From an uncultured Acidobacteriota bacterium (GTDB taxonomy: Bacteria > Acidobacteriota > Blastocatellia > Pyrinomonadales > Pyrinomonadaceae), in the NCBI GenBank assembly GCA_963748145.1, contig CAVVHR010000008.1, positions 40,695 to 104,694 on the forward strand: a stretch of 64,000 nucleotides of DNA, given 5' to 3'. Positions 30,301-41,320 of the stretch are shown here, piece by piece (position 1 is the stretch's first letter; each line of letters opens with the position of its first letter). The notes below the pieces were generated by a model. The model saw only the letters and a list, made by a program, of their open reading frames with translations. It was not told where the DNA came from and did no database searches. The translations under genes and the position numbers were made by a program.

Positions 30301-31732
30301 CCGCCCACGCTTGGTCGTGAAACCTTCCGCGAGCATGCGAACGATCGAGTCAAACTGTTCTCGTTCGAGATTTCGATATGGATAAGCGCGACGGATCATC
30401 GCAAAGAGATCGTCTTCGGTCCATTCTTCAGCCGCGACTGCCGCGACGATCTGTTGCGCGAGAATGTCGAGCGGGCGTTCGGGAATCTCCAGCCGGTCTA
30501 GCTCACCGCGCCGCACTGAATCGATGATCGCGGCGCATTCGACCAACTCATCGCGCGAGAGCGGAAAAATCCTGCCTTTCGGAAAACCTGCAACAGTGTG
30601 GTTCGAACGGCCGACACGCTGGAGAAAACTGGCGATCGATCGCGTCGAACCAAGCTGGCAAACGAGATTCACGTCGCCGATGTCGATGCCCAGCTCGAGT
30701 GACGCGGTGGCGACGAGCGCGCTCAGTTCACCGGCTTTGAGCCGTTGTTCGGCGGTGAGACGTTGTTCGCGGGCCAAACTGCCATGATGCGCGGCGATGT
30801 TTTCGTCGCCGAGCCGTTCGCCAAGATGTCGCGAGACGCGTTCGGCCAGCCGGCGAGTGTTCACGAAGACGAGCGTGGTGTGATGTTGGCGAATGAGTTG
30901 CGCCAGACGATCGTAGACTTCTTCCCAAACTTCACCCGACATCACTGCTTGCAACGGTGAATCCGTCAGTTCGATGGCGATGTCGAGACTGACGTGCGTG
31001 ACCGCTGTCGACGATCGCGCAGTCAGGAGTTCGATCTTCGCGGATGTTCGAAGTGCCGACCAGGAAACGAGCCACTTCTTCGATCGGACGTTGAGTGGCC
31101 GACAGTCCGATGCGACGTCAACGGATTCCGATTTGAATTGCTGCATCGTCACGAGTTGCTCGAGACGTTCGATCGACAGCGCGAGGTGCGAGCCGCGTTT
31201 GTCGCTAACGACCGCGTGAATTTCGTCGACGATCAGCGTGCGCGCTGTTTCCAGCATGCGCCGGCCGCCTTCGCTCGTCAGCAGAATGTAAAGCGACTCA
31301 GGCGTGGTGACGACGATGTGCGGCGGGCGCTTCGTCATCGCCGTGCGTTCTGCGGCCGGCGTGTCGCCGGTGCGCACGAGCGTGCGGATGTTCACTTCAG
31401 GCAGACCCATGGCCTGAAGTTCTTTCTGAATGCCTTCGAGCGGCGTTTGCAGGTTGCGCTGGACGTCGTTGCTGAGCGCTTTCAGTGGCGAGACGTAGAT
31501 GACGTGTGTGGAGTCGTCGAGTTTTCCTTCGATTCCGAGGCGGACCAGATCGTCGATGGCTGACATGAAACGCGGCGAGAGTCTTACCGGAACCGGTCGG
31601 CGCGGCGATCAGCGTGTGCCGGTGTTTCTTGATCTCCGGCCAGGCCTGCAACTGCGGTTCGGTTGGCGCAGGAAAAGTTCGCTCGAACCATCTTGCGACT
31701 GCCGGATGAAAAAGGGCTAAATTCTTTGTCAT
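27315..31732 (-). pseudogene. lhr: Lhr-type large DEAD/DEAH-box helicase (about 1470 aa), broken by at least 8 single-base frameshifts as assembled
   Basis: N-terminus ...[14 protein letters not shown], then DEIH, SAT ([20 protein letters not shown] in a shifted frame) and [10 protein letters not shown]. The C-terminal Lhr extension is recovered in ORFs 29400..29768, 28894..29469 and 27315..27884. All pieces are colinear. Confidence 0.85.
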
Positions 31733-31737
31733 CCGTG

Positions 31738-32370
31738 TTACTCAAACTGCTTCTTAAATTGCTCGAATTGACGACGCAGATCTTCAATCTCCGTCGCGAG
31801 CCGCTCAACCTTCTGCCCTAGTGTCTCAACAGGTTGCGGGTGATCGGTCGATATTAACGCTTCGATTTTCGGTTCGCCAGATAGTAGATGCGCGAAACGA
31901 ACTTCCTTCTGCCCCGGCTGCCGCGGTAACCGCACAACCAACGGCTCATCCTCGCGCGACATCAATCCATTCAGCGTCTGCTCGATCTCGTCCAACCCAT
32001 TGAATTCATGCAGCCGCGACGCATTGCCGCGCAATTCACCCGGCGTCTGCGGTCCACGCAACATCAGCACACACATCAACGCCACTTCAGCATGGTTGAC
32101 ATGCATCACTTCCGGCATCACGTGCTTGTACTTCGGAACGCGGCTCGTGCTTCCATAATAAACGTAAGCCAGGTTCTTCTCGCGCAGACTCTCCACCGCG
32201 GCCGAAACCTGGCTCTCCGAGTACGACGTAACCGGTTGACGATTGTTTTTCTGATTACAGGCGAGCGTCAGCGCGTTGAGCGTTAGCGGGTAGTATTCAG
32301 GCGTAGTCACCTGCTTCTCCACCAACGCTCCAAGCACGCGCGTTTCGATGTCAGTTAAAACCTGGGACAC
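31738..32370 (-). CDS. yceH: YceH family (DUF480/UPF0502) protein
   Basis: [40 protein letters not shown], the typical YceH N-terminus. Its stop is 5 nt before the lhr start. Confidence 0.8.
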   Translation of the reverse strand: MSQVLTDIETRVLGALVEKQVTTPEYYPLTLNALTLACNQKNNRQPVTSYSESQVSAAVESLREKNLAYVYYGSTSRVPKYKHVMPEVMHVNHAEVALMCVLMLRGPQTPGELRGNASRLHEFNGLDEIEQTLNGLMSREDEPLVVRLPRQPGQKEVRFAHLLSGEPKIEALISTDHPQPVETLGQKVERLATEIEDLRRQFEQFKKQFE

Positions 32371-32374
32371 AGCT

Positions 32375-35300
32375 TTACTGATCGTCGTCCTCTGCGCTTG
32401 TTTGCTGTCCCTGCGGCCGCGGTTCGGCCCGGCCGGCGCCCAGGTTGTCGTAGTTCAACGCCGCATTGAACAACAGGAAAAACTCGCCCTGCGTCTGGTG
32501 CCGCCACATCGGATTCGTCGCAAACATCACGACGTGCCCCTTGCCAACCGGAACGTCGACGATCGCCGGTCGATTCGCCAGCTCATTGCCGCCCGCCAGC
32601 ATGCCGCTGATGAGCAGGTTCTTCTCATCAGACACGAATCGCAACACGACTCGCGGCCGCAAAGTTGGCGGGACAAAGAACGGACTCTCGCGTTGCTCGG
32701 CCTGCGACTGTTCCGGATTGGGCGTTCCAGGCCGGGGTTGCGGCATAGCCTGGATGACGTCCGGGTCGTTGACGCCACCGCGTCCTGAAGCACGCGACTG
32801 TCCGCCGCCGGCACCCTGACCACCGCCACCGCCACCACCTCCGCCGAAGCCGCCACCACCACCGGCCGCGACTTGAAACAGCGGCGCCTGGCTGAAGTAG
32901 ATCGGCAATCCGGCGTCGTAGCCATACGCGATCGGGCTCTTACGATCGGAGAACGTTGCGTTGTAAATCGAACCGCGCGCCTGAAGCTTATCCGCCGGCT
33001 GAATCGAAACGCCGCTCGTGATGCCGTAGTCGATCGGGATCGACGAAACACTGCTGCCGATCGTGATGAACACTCCGCCTTCCTCAACGAACTTCTGCAG
33101 GTTCGCAACGCCGGCGACCCTCATACCGCCGCGCATGTCGTCGGTTTGATCAGGCGAGTTGCCCGAAGTTTGGCGTGACGGCCGAAGCCTTCCACGGAAT
33201 CGCGCTCGCCACGATGCGGCATGCCGTTGACGATCGTCTGGCGCTGAACCGCCGACCGGCGGGAAGATCAGCACGTCAAATTTCTCGCGCAGGTTCGGCG
33301 TGTTGCGAATCACGTGATCGGAAATGTACGTATAGGGAATCTGCAAACGGTCAAACTCGATCCGGAACCAGCCTTCGTTCTGCGTGTTGGTCCACGTGTG
33401 AACGATCGCGATGCGCGGCACGGCGAGTTCGTGCGTCTTGACCGTCCGGCAGCTTGTCGACACCGATCGCTTTCAGACCGAGATCGGTGACCGCTGTTTC
33501 AAGCTGTTGGCGAACGTTCTGCCGGATTTCCGTCCTGCTTAATGATGAACGAGCCGGTATTGAACTGCTGGTCGCCGACTTTGAAACTGTCTTCGGCAGC
33601 GCTCATCTTCACGTCTTTCAAACGGAAGCGGAGCGTCGCGAGCGTGTTATCGGTGTTGTGATTGATGATGTAAGCGACGGAATTGGACGGCCCGCTGAGT
33701 GAGCCGGTAACTTTCGCATCAGCCGTCAGCAATTGTCGCCGGAACATCGAGCACGCTCTTGTCGATGATGCGAACGGTTTTCACGTTGCGCATCGCGCCC
33801 ATCGTCCAGCCCGTATCGTCGTACGGCGACGGATCGTTGACGTTGTAATACTGCGTGTCGAGCATCATGTCGGCCATGCGCGAATACGGCTGGTCCATGC
33901 GGACGATGTACGAACCGGCCGCATACTTCTGGTCCTTGACCGTGAAATCCTTCGCCGCGCGGTGAACTTCAATTCCCTGCAGCCGCATCAGGTTGACCAT
34001 GTCGGCCGCTTCAACCGGACGCGGCGTGTCGCCCGGAATGATGTAAGCCGCCGGGCCTTCATTCGACGCCTTGGCGATCGAGCGTTTGCTCTTGAGATAG
34101 AAGTTGTTCAGGAACCGCTCTTTCTCCTTCGCCACGAAGTTCATCGCGAAGAGGATGCCCGACTGCTGCATGTTGACGTTGTTGCGCATCGACCAGTTGA
34201 CGCGCGGGAACGGCGGATTGGGACGATACCAGACGCGTGAAGTTTGGTTCGCGCCCAGCGTGCGTTCGCGCGTGTCGGCGCCGCCGTTGCCGAACGTTTC
34301 GTAGAAACGGCCGATCGAATTGTGGCCGGTGGCGATGTAGAGCATGTAGTTGGGCGCCCAGCCGTCGTAGAAGCCGTGCGTCCAAACTCCCGGCACGCCG
34401 CGTTTCGTCAATTCTTCAATCTCGTGATAGGCGAGCACCTGAAACTCGTCGAGCGCGAGCGGATCGAGCCACGCGTTGTATGGACCGGTGCCCGTCATCG
34501 TGTAGAGATAGGGCACTGACTCGTGCAGATCGTGAAGCACGGTCGGGTGATACTCGAGAAACGTCCTCATCTGGTTGCGCGTGAGTGCGAGCGCCATGCC
34601 GAGACCGTCGCGGTTGTTGTCGTGCGCGACGTACTTGCCCCAGTAGAGCAACGGCGGCGCCGGTTTGCCCGGGTTCGCTTTGCGGTAGTTGTAGAGATCG
34701 ACCATGCGATCGCGGCCATCGACTTCCAGCGCCGGCGTGATCATCACGATCATGTTCTTGCGAATGTCTTCGATGAACGGCGAGTCTTCGACGGCGAGAC
34801 GATACGCCAGCTCCATCAACATTTCCGGCGATCCGGTTTCCGGCGAGTGGATCGAGCCGGAGGCCCAGTAAAACGGTTTGCCTTCGGAGATCAGCGTGTG
34901 CGCTTCGGCTTCGCTGAGTTTGCGCGGATCGCCGAGTTTAGCGGTGATTTCTTTGTAACGATCGAGCTTCGCCAGGTTCGCTTCGTCACTCACGAGCACC
35001 AGCAACTGTTCGCGTCCCTCTTCGCTCTTCTCCGGCGCGACGAAGCACGCGCACGCGCGGCGAAGCATCGGCCAGCGCGCGGTAGTAACGATGCAGATCT
35101 TTCGTGTAGGTCAGCTTGTTTGGCGTGCCGACGACGTAGCCGAGGATCTTATCCGGCGAAGGAACTTTGTCTGACAGCGGCAGGTGGTCCACCAGCTCGG
35201 TCATGAAGTATTTTTCAGTGGTGTACTCGGCGATCTTTGCGCCGTAGGCCGGATCGATCGCTGACTTCGGCGTCGTGTATTTCGGATTGATTGGCGCGGG

Positions 35301-35448
35301 CTTGAACGGCGCGGGTGTAGTTGCTGCGCTGCCACCGGCTTCCTTCGCAGACCTGTTGCGTTCCTCGGTTTGGGCCGAGATTTGCGCGGATAAAGCGAAG
35401 AGCGCCAACACCGCGCACACGAAATTAAAGAAGTATTTTTGGGGACAT
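32375..35448 (-). pseudogene. Secreted peptidase M14 (carboxypeptidase-like) family protein, about 1020 aa, with at least 4 frameshifts as assembled
   Basis: AAGGAG lies 8 nt upstream of ATG 35448 (MSPKILL...), followed by a signal peptide. Zinc motif GSIHSPETGS and HDLHES are present. The fragments 34986..35420, 33719..35068, 33499..33747 and 32375..33463 are colinear. Confidence 0.75.
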
Positions 35449-35474
35449 GATTGGGCTCCTTAAGTTTTGTGGCA

Positions 35475-36765
35475 CTACACGTCACGCGCACAACGAAAGC
35501 CGGAGATCATCCAGCGCTCGTGCGCGTGAAAGAAGTTTCGGTAAGTCGTTCTGATGTGCAACTGCGGCGTGGCAAACGAACCGCCGCGCAAAACCTTCTG
35601 ATTGACGAACCACTTGTCGTTGTATTCATCAAACTCCGACTTGAACCCGGGATACGGCACGTAATCGGAAGTCGTCCACTCCCAAACGTCGCCAATCATC
35701 TGCTGGCAACCGTAACTGATTGGCGCCTTCGGGAAAGGCGCCGACTGGGGCGACTGACCAGAAACCGTTTTCGAAGAGATTCGCTTTGCCGCTATCGGGA
35801 TCGGTGTCGCCCCAGGGAAATGCGATGCTTAATTTTGCGCTCCGCATCATAACACGCCGCCTTTCCCATTCAGCTTCCGTCGGGAGTCGTTTCCCGGCCC
35901 ACTTCGCAAAGGCTGAGGCTTCGTAAGAAACTGACGTGAGAAACGGGATCGTCTTTTCTGCTTTCGGCTGAGTGCAAGACCGGAAAAGTCGCGAATCATC
36001 CACTCGCCGTCGTGAAGTTCCCAGTAAAGCGGCGCGTGCCATTGTTCGCGTTTGACGGTTTCCCAGCCTTCGGAGAACCACCAGCGAAAGTTTTGATAAC
36101 CACCGTCGCGAATAAACTCGAGAAACTCGCCGTTCGTGACCAGCGCCCGATCGATCTGCGAAATCCTGTATGAAAACCTGATGAGCAGGTTTCTCGTTGT
36201 CCCACGAAAAGTCGTTTCCTTCGTAACCTAACCAAAACAATCCGCCCTCGACTTCCGCCATTCCTTCGACTTTGGTTGACGGCCGGGGCAGCGGTTTCAT
36301 CTGTGGCTCGAACTGATCGCAGAGCAGGTGCTTGATGTCGTAGACGAGCAACTCCTGATGTTGCATCTCGTGTTCGAGGCCCATCCGAACGAGGAATAAC
36401 GCGGATTCGTCAGCAGAATCGAGAAACTCGAGCATCTGCTCGTCGATGTGGTTTCGATAGGCGACAGTCTCGCGCACGGTCGGACGCGATTTCGTTCCGC
36501 GCTTCGGGCGTTCGATCCGTGCGCCAAAGCCTTCGTAGTACGAGTTGAAGTAGCACAGAAAGTCTTCGGAATAGACGTTATAACCCGGCCTGTGTGCTTG
36601 AAGCACGGTTTCAAAGAACCACGACGTGTGGCCGATGTGCCAACGCGGCGGACTCATGAACTCCGCCGTCTGGATCACGTAGTCTTCAATTTCGAGCGGC
36701 GCAACAATCTCCATCGTGCGCGCACGAACCTGCTTGTAGAGATCTTTAATGTTCACAGACATCAT
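35475..36765 (-). pseudogene. egtB: EgtB-like sulfoxide synthase (DinB_2 + FGE-sulfatase domains), with about 4 frameshifts as assembled
   Basis: The N-terminal DinB-type domain contains PPRWHIGHTSWFFE...LEHEMQHQELL. The FGE domain is recovered across frames ([23 protein letters not shown]..., [48 protein letters not shown]...[10 protein letters not shown]). Confidence 0.8.
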
Positions 36766-36790
36766 GCAAACCAAGATCAATCCGTGGAAA

Positions 36791-37817
36791 CTAACGATGC
36801 GAATGCGGGCCATGGGGGTGAACGCGTCCGATTATACGTGCGTTTGGGTAATTCTCACGCAGCCTCGCGAGCAGTGCTTCAGACTGTGCTTTCCGCGACC
36901 GAAATCAGCATTCCGCCCGCGGTCTGCGGATCGAAGAACAACCGGAGCAGGTTTTCGTCAACTGACGCGGCAATCTCGATGTCAGCTCCGACGTATTCCC
37001 GGTTCGTCTTGTCGCCGCTCGTCAGCATTCCCGCCGTGGCCAGATCGAGCGCGCCGGGCAAAAGCGGAACCGCTCCGGCGTCGATCTCAATCGTCACTTT
37101 GCTCGCGCACGCCATCTCCCACGCGTGACCGAGCAGCGCAAAGCCCGTCACGTCGGTCGCTCCTTTAACTCCAAACTCGCGCATCGCTTCAGCCGCATAC
37201 TTGCCCGGCGTCAGCATCGTCTCAACTGAACCCGCGACAATCGCGTCGCTCGCGCGGGCTCTTTTGATTCCGGTGGAAATCACGCCCGTGCCGATCGGTT
37301 TCGTCAGGATGATCACGTCGCCCGGACGCGCGCCTGAATTAGTCGCGACTTTATTTGGATCGATCACGCCGGTGACGGAGTAGCCAAACATGATCTGCTC
37401 GTTGTCGACACTGTGACCGCCGATCAGCGTCACGCCTTGCTGGTTGAGTGTTTCCAGTCCGCCGCGCATGATCTCGCCGAGAATCGCTGGATCGACGCCT
37501 TTCTTCGGAAAGCAGGTGATCGCCATCGCTGTGATCGGCGTGCCGGCCATGGCCCACACATCGTTGATGGAATTGAGCGCCGCGATGCGGCCGTAGTCGT
37601 ACGGGTCGTCGACGATGGGCGTGAAGAAGTCGACAGTTTGCACCAGCGCGAGGTCGTCGCGAAGACGGTATACTCCCGCGTCGTCGGCCGTATCAAAACC
37701 GACAATCAGATTCGGATCCGCGGGTTGTTTTGGTAGCCCGCTCAAAACCTGAGCGAGTAAGCTCGGGCTAAGCTTCGCCGCTCAACCGGAACACGAAACC
37801 ATCTCAGTCAGACGCAT
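36791..37817 (-). CDS. selD: Selenide, water dikinase (selenophosphate synthetase), selenocysteine-containing (UGA at 37782-37784); one +1 indel near 36888
   Basis: GGAGGTG SD, then ATG 37817. The translation [30 protein letters not shown]... is in frame with ORF 36879..37745 ([48 protein letters not shown]). The C-terminus continues in the shifted frame [24 protein letters not shown].... Confidence 0.9.
37737..37784 (-). promoter_or_regulatory. In-frame UGA plus putative bacterial SECIS hairpin
   Basis: 24 nt after the UGA there is an 8-bp stem, CUCGCUCA/UGAGCGGG, with a GGUUU apical loop. A G/U-containing loop about 33 nt from the UGA fits the usual bacterial SECIS geometry. Confidence 0.5.
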
Positions 37818-37892
37818 CGGTTTGTCACCTCCTTTCCGCAGGAGATTGGTTTAGCTATCATCTCTTTCCCCAGACACAACGGAAGAATACCG

Positions 37893-38919
37893 ATGGCGGA
37901 GGTTTCGACCATGCGAGTTCAGCTTATCAAGTTTTTAGTCGGAATCGTATTCGTTCTCTTCTGCGGCACAAGCGTGTTCGCGCAAGACCCGGAGATGGTG
38001 CGCCACTTCGACTATGACAAGAGCGCACCGGTCGATCTCAAAATCCTCGGTACGCAGAAACGCGGCGACGTCACGGTTTACGACGTCACTTACGCGAGTC
38101 CGAAAGGAGGCGTCGTGCCTGCGTATCTCGTCGTGCCGAGCGGTAACGGACCATTTGCGGCGTGTGATCTGGGGTCACTGGTACTGGCGAAACTCCGAGA
38201 TGCGCAATCGCAAGCAGTTTCTGGACGAAGCTGTGGCTCTGGCGCCGACTGGCGTCGTTTCGCTTCTGACTGACGGTCCGGTTGCGCGCCCCGGTTACGT
38301 TCCCAACACGACACCGCTCAACGAGCAACAAGTAGCGGAATTGGTGCAGGCTGTTGTTGACATGCGACGCGGAGTTGACGTGTTGCTGTCTCGCAAAGAC
38401 GTCGATCCCAAGCGCATCGCGTTTGTCGGCCACAGTTACAACGCTTCAATCGGCGCGATTCTGAGCGGCGTCGATCGCCGGTTCAAAGCATTCGTGCTGA
38501 TGGCTGGGACGATGTCAGACGAGGTTGATTTCAAGATGGGCGCTTACGAGGAATTTCGACAGAAGGTTGGGCCGGAAAAGTTTGACGTGTTCCTGGCGAA
38601 GCACTCCTATACCGATCAGGGCAAGTATGTGTCGCACGCCGCGCCGGCGTTTGTTTTTCTTCAGTACGCGACGAAAGAGGATTTCATGACGGCGGATCGG
38701 GCGCGTGAGTATGAGAAGGTCGTCAGCGAGCCGAAGCGCTTCAAACTCTACGAAGCCACGCATGCGCTCAACGCCGAGGCACGTCGCGATCGCATCGCGT
38801 TTCTGGCGGAACAACTGAAGCTGAAGCCGCTGTCGCCGCAGGTTATTGCTAGCATTCCCGAGCTTTATCAGCCTCCACGGCGAACCGAATCCAAAGTAGT
38901 CCCATGGCGAAACCGATAA
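37893..38919 (+). CDS. Secreted alpha/beta hydrolase (dienelactone hydrolase-like), frameshift near 38160
   Basis: Signal peptide present. The two ORFs join as ...VVPSGNGPFAA/VIWGHWYW.... Nucleophile elbow GHSYN. Confidence 0.7.
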
Positions 38920-39806
38920 TTCGCATCGGACCGGCAGGATGGTCGTACAAAGACTGGGAAGGCGTCGTCTACCCGCAGAAGCCCGGGAAGAACTTCGATC
39001 CGCTCGAGTATCTCGCCCGGTTCTTCAACACGATCGAGATCAACAGCAGTTTCTATCGCCCGCCGGCGCCCTCGACGACAGAATCGTGGGCCAGGCGCGT
39101 CGAGAAGACTAAAGACTTCACATTCACAGCCAAGCTGTATCGAGTCTTCACTCACGAGCGTGGAAAAGCGACCCGCGAAGACGAGAAAGCGTTTCGTGAA
39201 GGTATGGAACCGCTCGTCAAAGCGGGAAAACTCGGCGCGGTGCTGCTTCAGTTTCCCTGGTCGTTCAAAAACACCGATGAAGACCGGCTGTATCTGACTC
39301 AATTACTCGAACGCTTTCGTGAGTATCCGCTGGTGCTCGAAGTACGACACACGTCGTGGAACAACGAACACATTTACGAATGGTTGGAAGAACGCGGCGT
39401 GGGGATCTGCAACATCGATCAGCCGGTGTTTTCACGATCGATTCGGCCCGCGGCGGTGACGACGTCACCGGTCGGCTACATCCGCATGCACGGCAGGAAC
39501 TATCAAGACTGGTTTCGCGATAAAGCCGGGCGGGATGAGCGCTACAACTACCTCTATACCCTCGACGAGCTCGATCCGTGGCTGGATCGTATTAAGCAGA
39601 TTGCCAAACACACTCGCGAAACGTACGTCATCACCAACAATCACTTCCGCGGCCAGGCTGTTGTGAACGCGCTTGAAATCAAAGCCGCGCTAACGGAAGG
39701 GCGCGTGCCGGCGCCAGAACCGCTCTTTCAGCACTACGAGCGGTTGGAAGAATCGGCAACACACGCTGAAAACGACGAAGGTGGACCATTGCGTCTGTTC
39801 AAGTAA
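38904..39806 (+). CDS. DUF72 (YecE/UPF0759) family protein
   Basis: IRIGPAGWSYKDWEGVVYP...FNTIEINSSFY...LLQFPWSF, typical DUF72. Confidence 0.85.
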   Translation: MAKPIIRIGPAGWSYKDWEGVVYPQKPGKNFDPLEYLARFFNTIEINSSFYRPPAPSTTESWARRVEKTKDFTFTAKLYRVFTHERGKATREDEKAFREGMEPLVKAGKLGAVLLQFPWSFKNTDEDRLYLTQLLERFREYPLVLEVRHTSWNNEHIYEWLEERGVGICNIDQPVFSRSIRPAAVTTSPVGYIRMHGRNYQDWFRDKAGRDERYNYLYTLDELDPWLDRIKQIAKHTRETYVITNNHFRGQAVVNALEIKAALTEGRVPAPEPLFQHYERLEESATHAENDEGGPLRLFK

Positions 39807-39815
39807 CACGGAATC

Positions 39816-40199
39816 TCAGGACTCGATAAGTTGAGCAAATGAGATTGGGAGTCCATCCGGGTCAATGGCCACGGCTAGTTTGATTGGCTCGTTTTCGCGA
39901 TGCGTCGGGGGCATCACGAACGTAATTCCCTTCGCCTGCAGTTCCTCGTAAGCTTTATCGACGTCGGCAACGTTGAACCCGATAGAGCAGCTTCCAGCGA
40001 TTTTTGATGGATCGCCTTCGGGACGGCCCTGCCGCGCCACGCCACCACCATGCAACGCCAGGGTCGTCGCACCGGTCTCAAACTCAGTCCACTCCGGTGA
40101 TTGAAACCTCAATGGAATCCCCAGCTTGTCTCGATAAAACTCGACCGACCGGTCCATGTCTGAAACCACGATCATCGTGTAATCAATGTGTTTGAACAT
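39816..40199 (-). CDS. VOC family (glyoxalase/bleomycin resistance-like) protein
   Basis: 127 aa with the pattern IDYTMIVVSDMDRSVEFYRDKLG. Confidence 0.8.
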   Translation of the reverse strand: MFKHIDYTMIVVSDMDRSVEFYRDKLGIPLRFQSPEWTEFETGATTLALHGGGVARQGRPEGDPSKIAGSCSIGFNVADVDKAYEELQAKGITFVMPPTHRENEPIKLAVAIDPDGLPISFAQLIES

Positions 40200-40220
40200 T
40201 TCTAACTCCTAAATCCGCGG

Positions 40221-40664
40221 TTACCGCTTGCGCCCTTTACTGTTTCCCATGCCGACGATCACGTCGAACTCTTCTTTCGTCAGCGGCATGACCGAGAGTT
40301 GCGACTGGCGAATCAGCGGAAGCTGGCTGAGTCGCTTGTCGTAGCGAATAGCCGCCAGTTGGACCGGATTGGCTAAAGGCTTGACTGGTTTAAGGTCTAC
40401 CGCGACCCACTGCGGATCGTCAGCCGTCGGATCCGGATACGCGCTCTTCGCCACTTCTGCCAGACCGACAACCTCTTTTCCTTTTCCGGAATGATAAAAG
40501 AGCACGCGGTCGCCGACCTTCATGCCCTTCAGATTGTTTCGGGCTTGGTAGTTTCGTACGCCGGTCCAGTCAGTGCTGCCGTCTTTTACGAAATCGTCCC
40601 ACGAATAAGTTTCGGGTTCCTGCTTAACCATCCAATAATGGTGCTTCGTCGACTTTTTCATCAC
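40221..40664 (-). CDS. EVE (PUA-like) domain protein
   Basis: YWMVKQEPETYSWDDF...WTGVRNYQARNNLKGMKVGDRVLFYHS, the hallmark EVE sequence. Confidence 0.8.
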   Translation of the reverse strand: MMKKSTKHHYWMVKQEPETYSWDDFVKDGSTDWTGVRNYQARNNLKGMKVGDRVLFYHSGKGKEVVGLAEVAKSAYPDPTADDPQWVAVDLKPVKPLANPVQLAAIRYDKRLSQLPLIRQSQLSVMPLTKEEFDVIVGMGNSKGRKR

Positions 40665-40734
40665 TGTCGTTCCACTGATTCAATTTTGGTAATCTGTGTT
40701 CGCATATTGAACTAAAAAGCCAAAGGATAAAAGC

Positions 40735-41193
40735 ATGCTGAAAGAAGGAACCACTGCGCCCGCGTTCAAAACAACTGATCAGAATGGCGAAACGGTGAGT
40801 TTGAAAGATTTGCGCGGCCAAAAGGTCGCGCTCTACTTCTACCCGAAAGACGACACGCCTGGATGCACCAAGGAGGCGTGCTCGTTTCGCGATGCTTACT
40901 CGAAGTTTAAGAAACAAGGCATAACCGTGCTTGGTGTTTCACCCGATAAGGAGGCATCGCACAAGAAGTTCGTAACCAAATACCAGCTCCCATTCACACT
41001 ACTGGCCGACACCGATCATTCGATCGCAGAGTCGTATGGTGTTTGGGGAGAGAAGAAGTTTATGGGACGAACGTACATGGGTGTGCATCGAACCACCTTC
41101 CTGATCGATGAGAAGGGCAAGATCAGGAAGATTTTCGAAAAGGTAAAGCCCGAAGATCACGCCAGTGAGGTCCTGGGGGCATTCGCTGATTAA
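40735..41193 (+). CDS. bcp: Thioredoxin-dependent thiol peroxidase (Bcp)
   Basis: ALYFYPKDDTPGCTKEACSFRD motif. Confidence 0.9.
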   Translation: MLKEGTTAPAFKTTDQNGETVSLKDLRGQKVALYFYPKDDTPGCTKEACSFRDAYSKFKKQGITVLGVSPDKEASHKKFVTKYQLPFTLLADTDHSIAESYGVWGEKKFMGRTYMGVHRTTFLIDEKGKIRKIFEKVKPEDHASEVLGAFAD

Positions 41194-41238
41194 ACGGAGG
41201 ACGACGGGCGTAAAAACGCGTAGGCGCGCTGTAAAACG

Positions 41239-41274
41239 CGGAGGCTAGGCTGCCACCCAGCCTCCGATCTTTTC
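41239..41274 (+). terminator. Rho-independent terminator downstream of bcp
   Basis: CGGAGGCT-(12 nt)-AGCCTCCG stem followed by GATCTTTT. Confidence 0.55.
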
Positions 41275-41320
41275 GGGTTCCCCTTCCGGGTTCCTTCCGG
41301 GCATTAAACCCTGCAAACAA

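Noticed and set aside
32527-33108. 193-aa minus-strand ORF and several plus-strand ORFs inside the M14 peptidase locus
   Set aside because: These are alternative frames of the same peptidase gene or its antisense strand. They have no independent motifs.
36831-36836. TATAAT box that looked like an egtB promoter in the apparent 113-nt selD-egtB gap
   Set aside because: Once the selD 3' frameshift is repaired, the hexamer lies inside the SelD C-terminal coding sequence (…NARIIGRV…). The real gap is only about 25 nt. An internal promoter is still not excluded.
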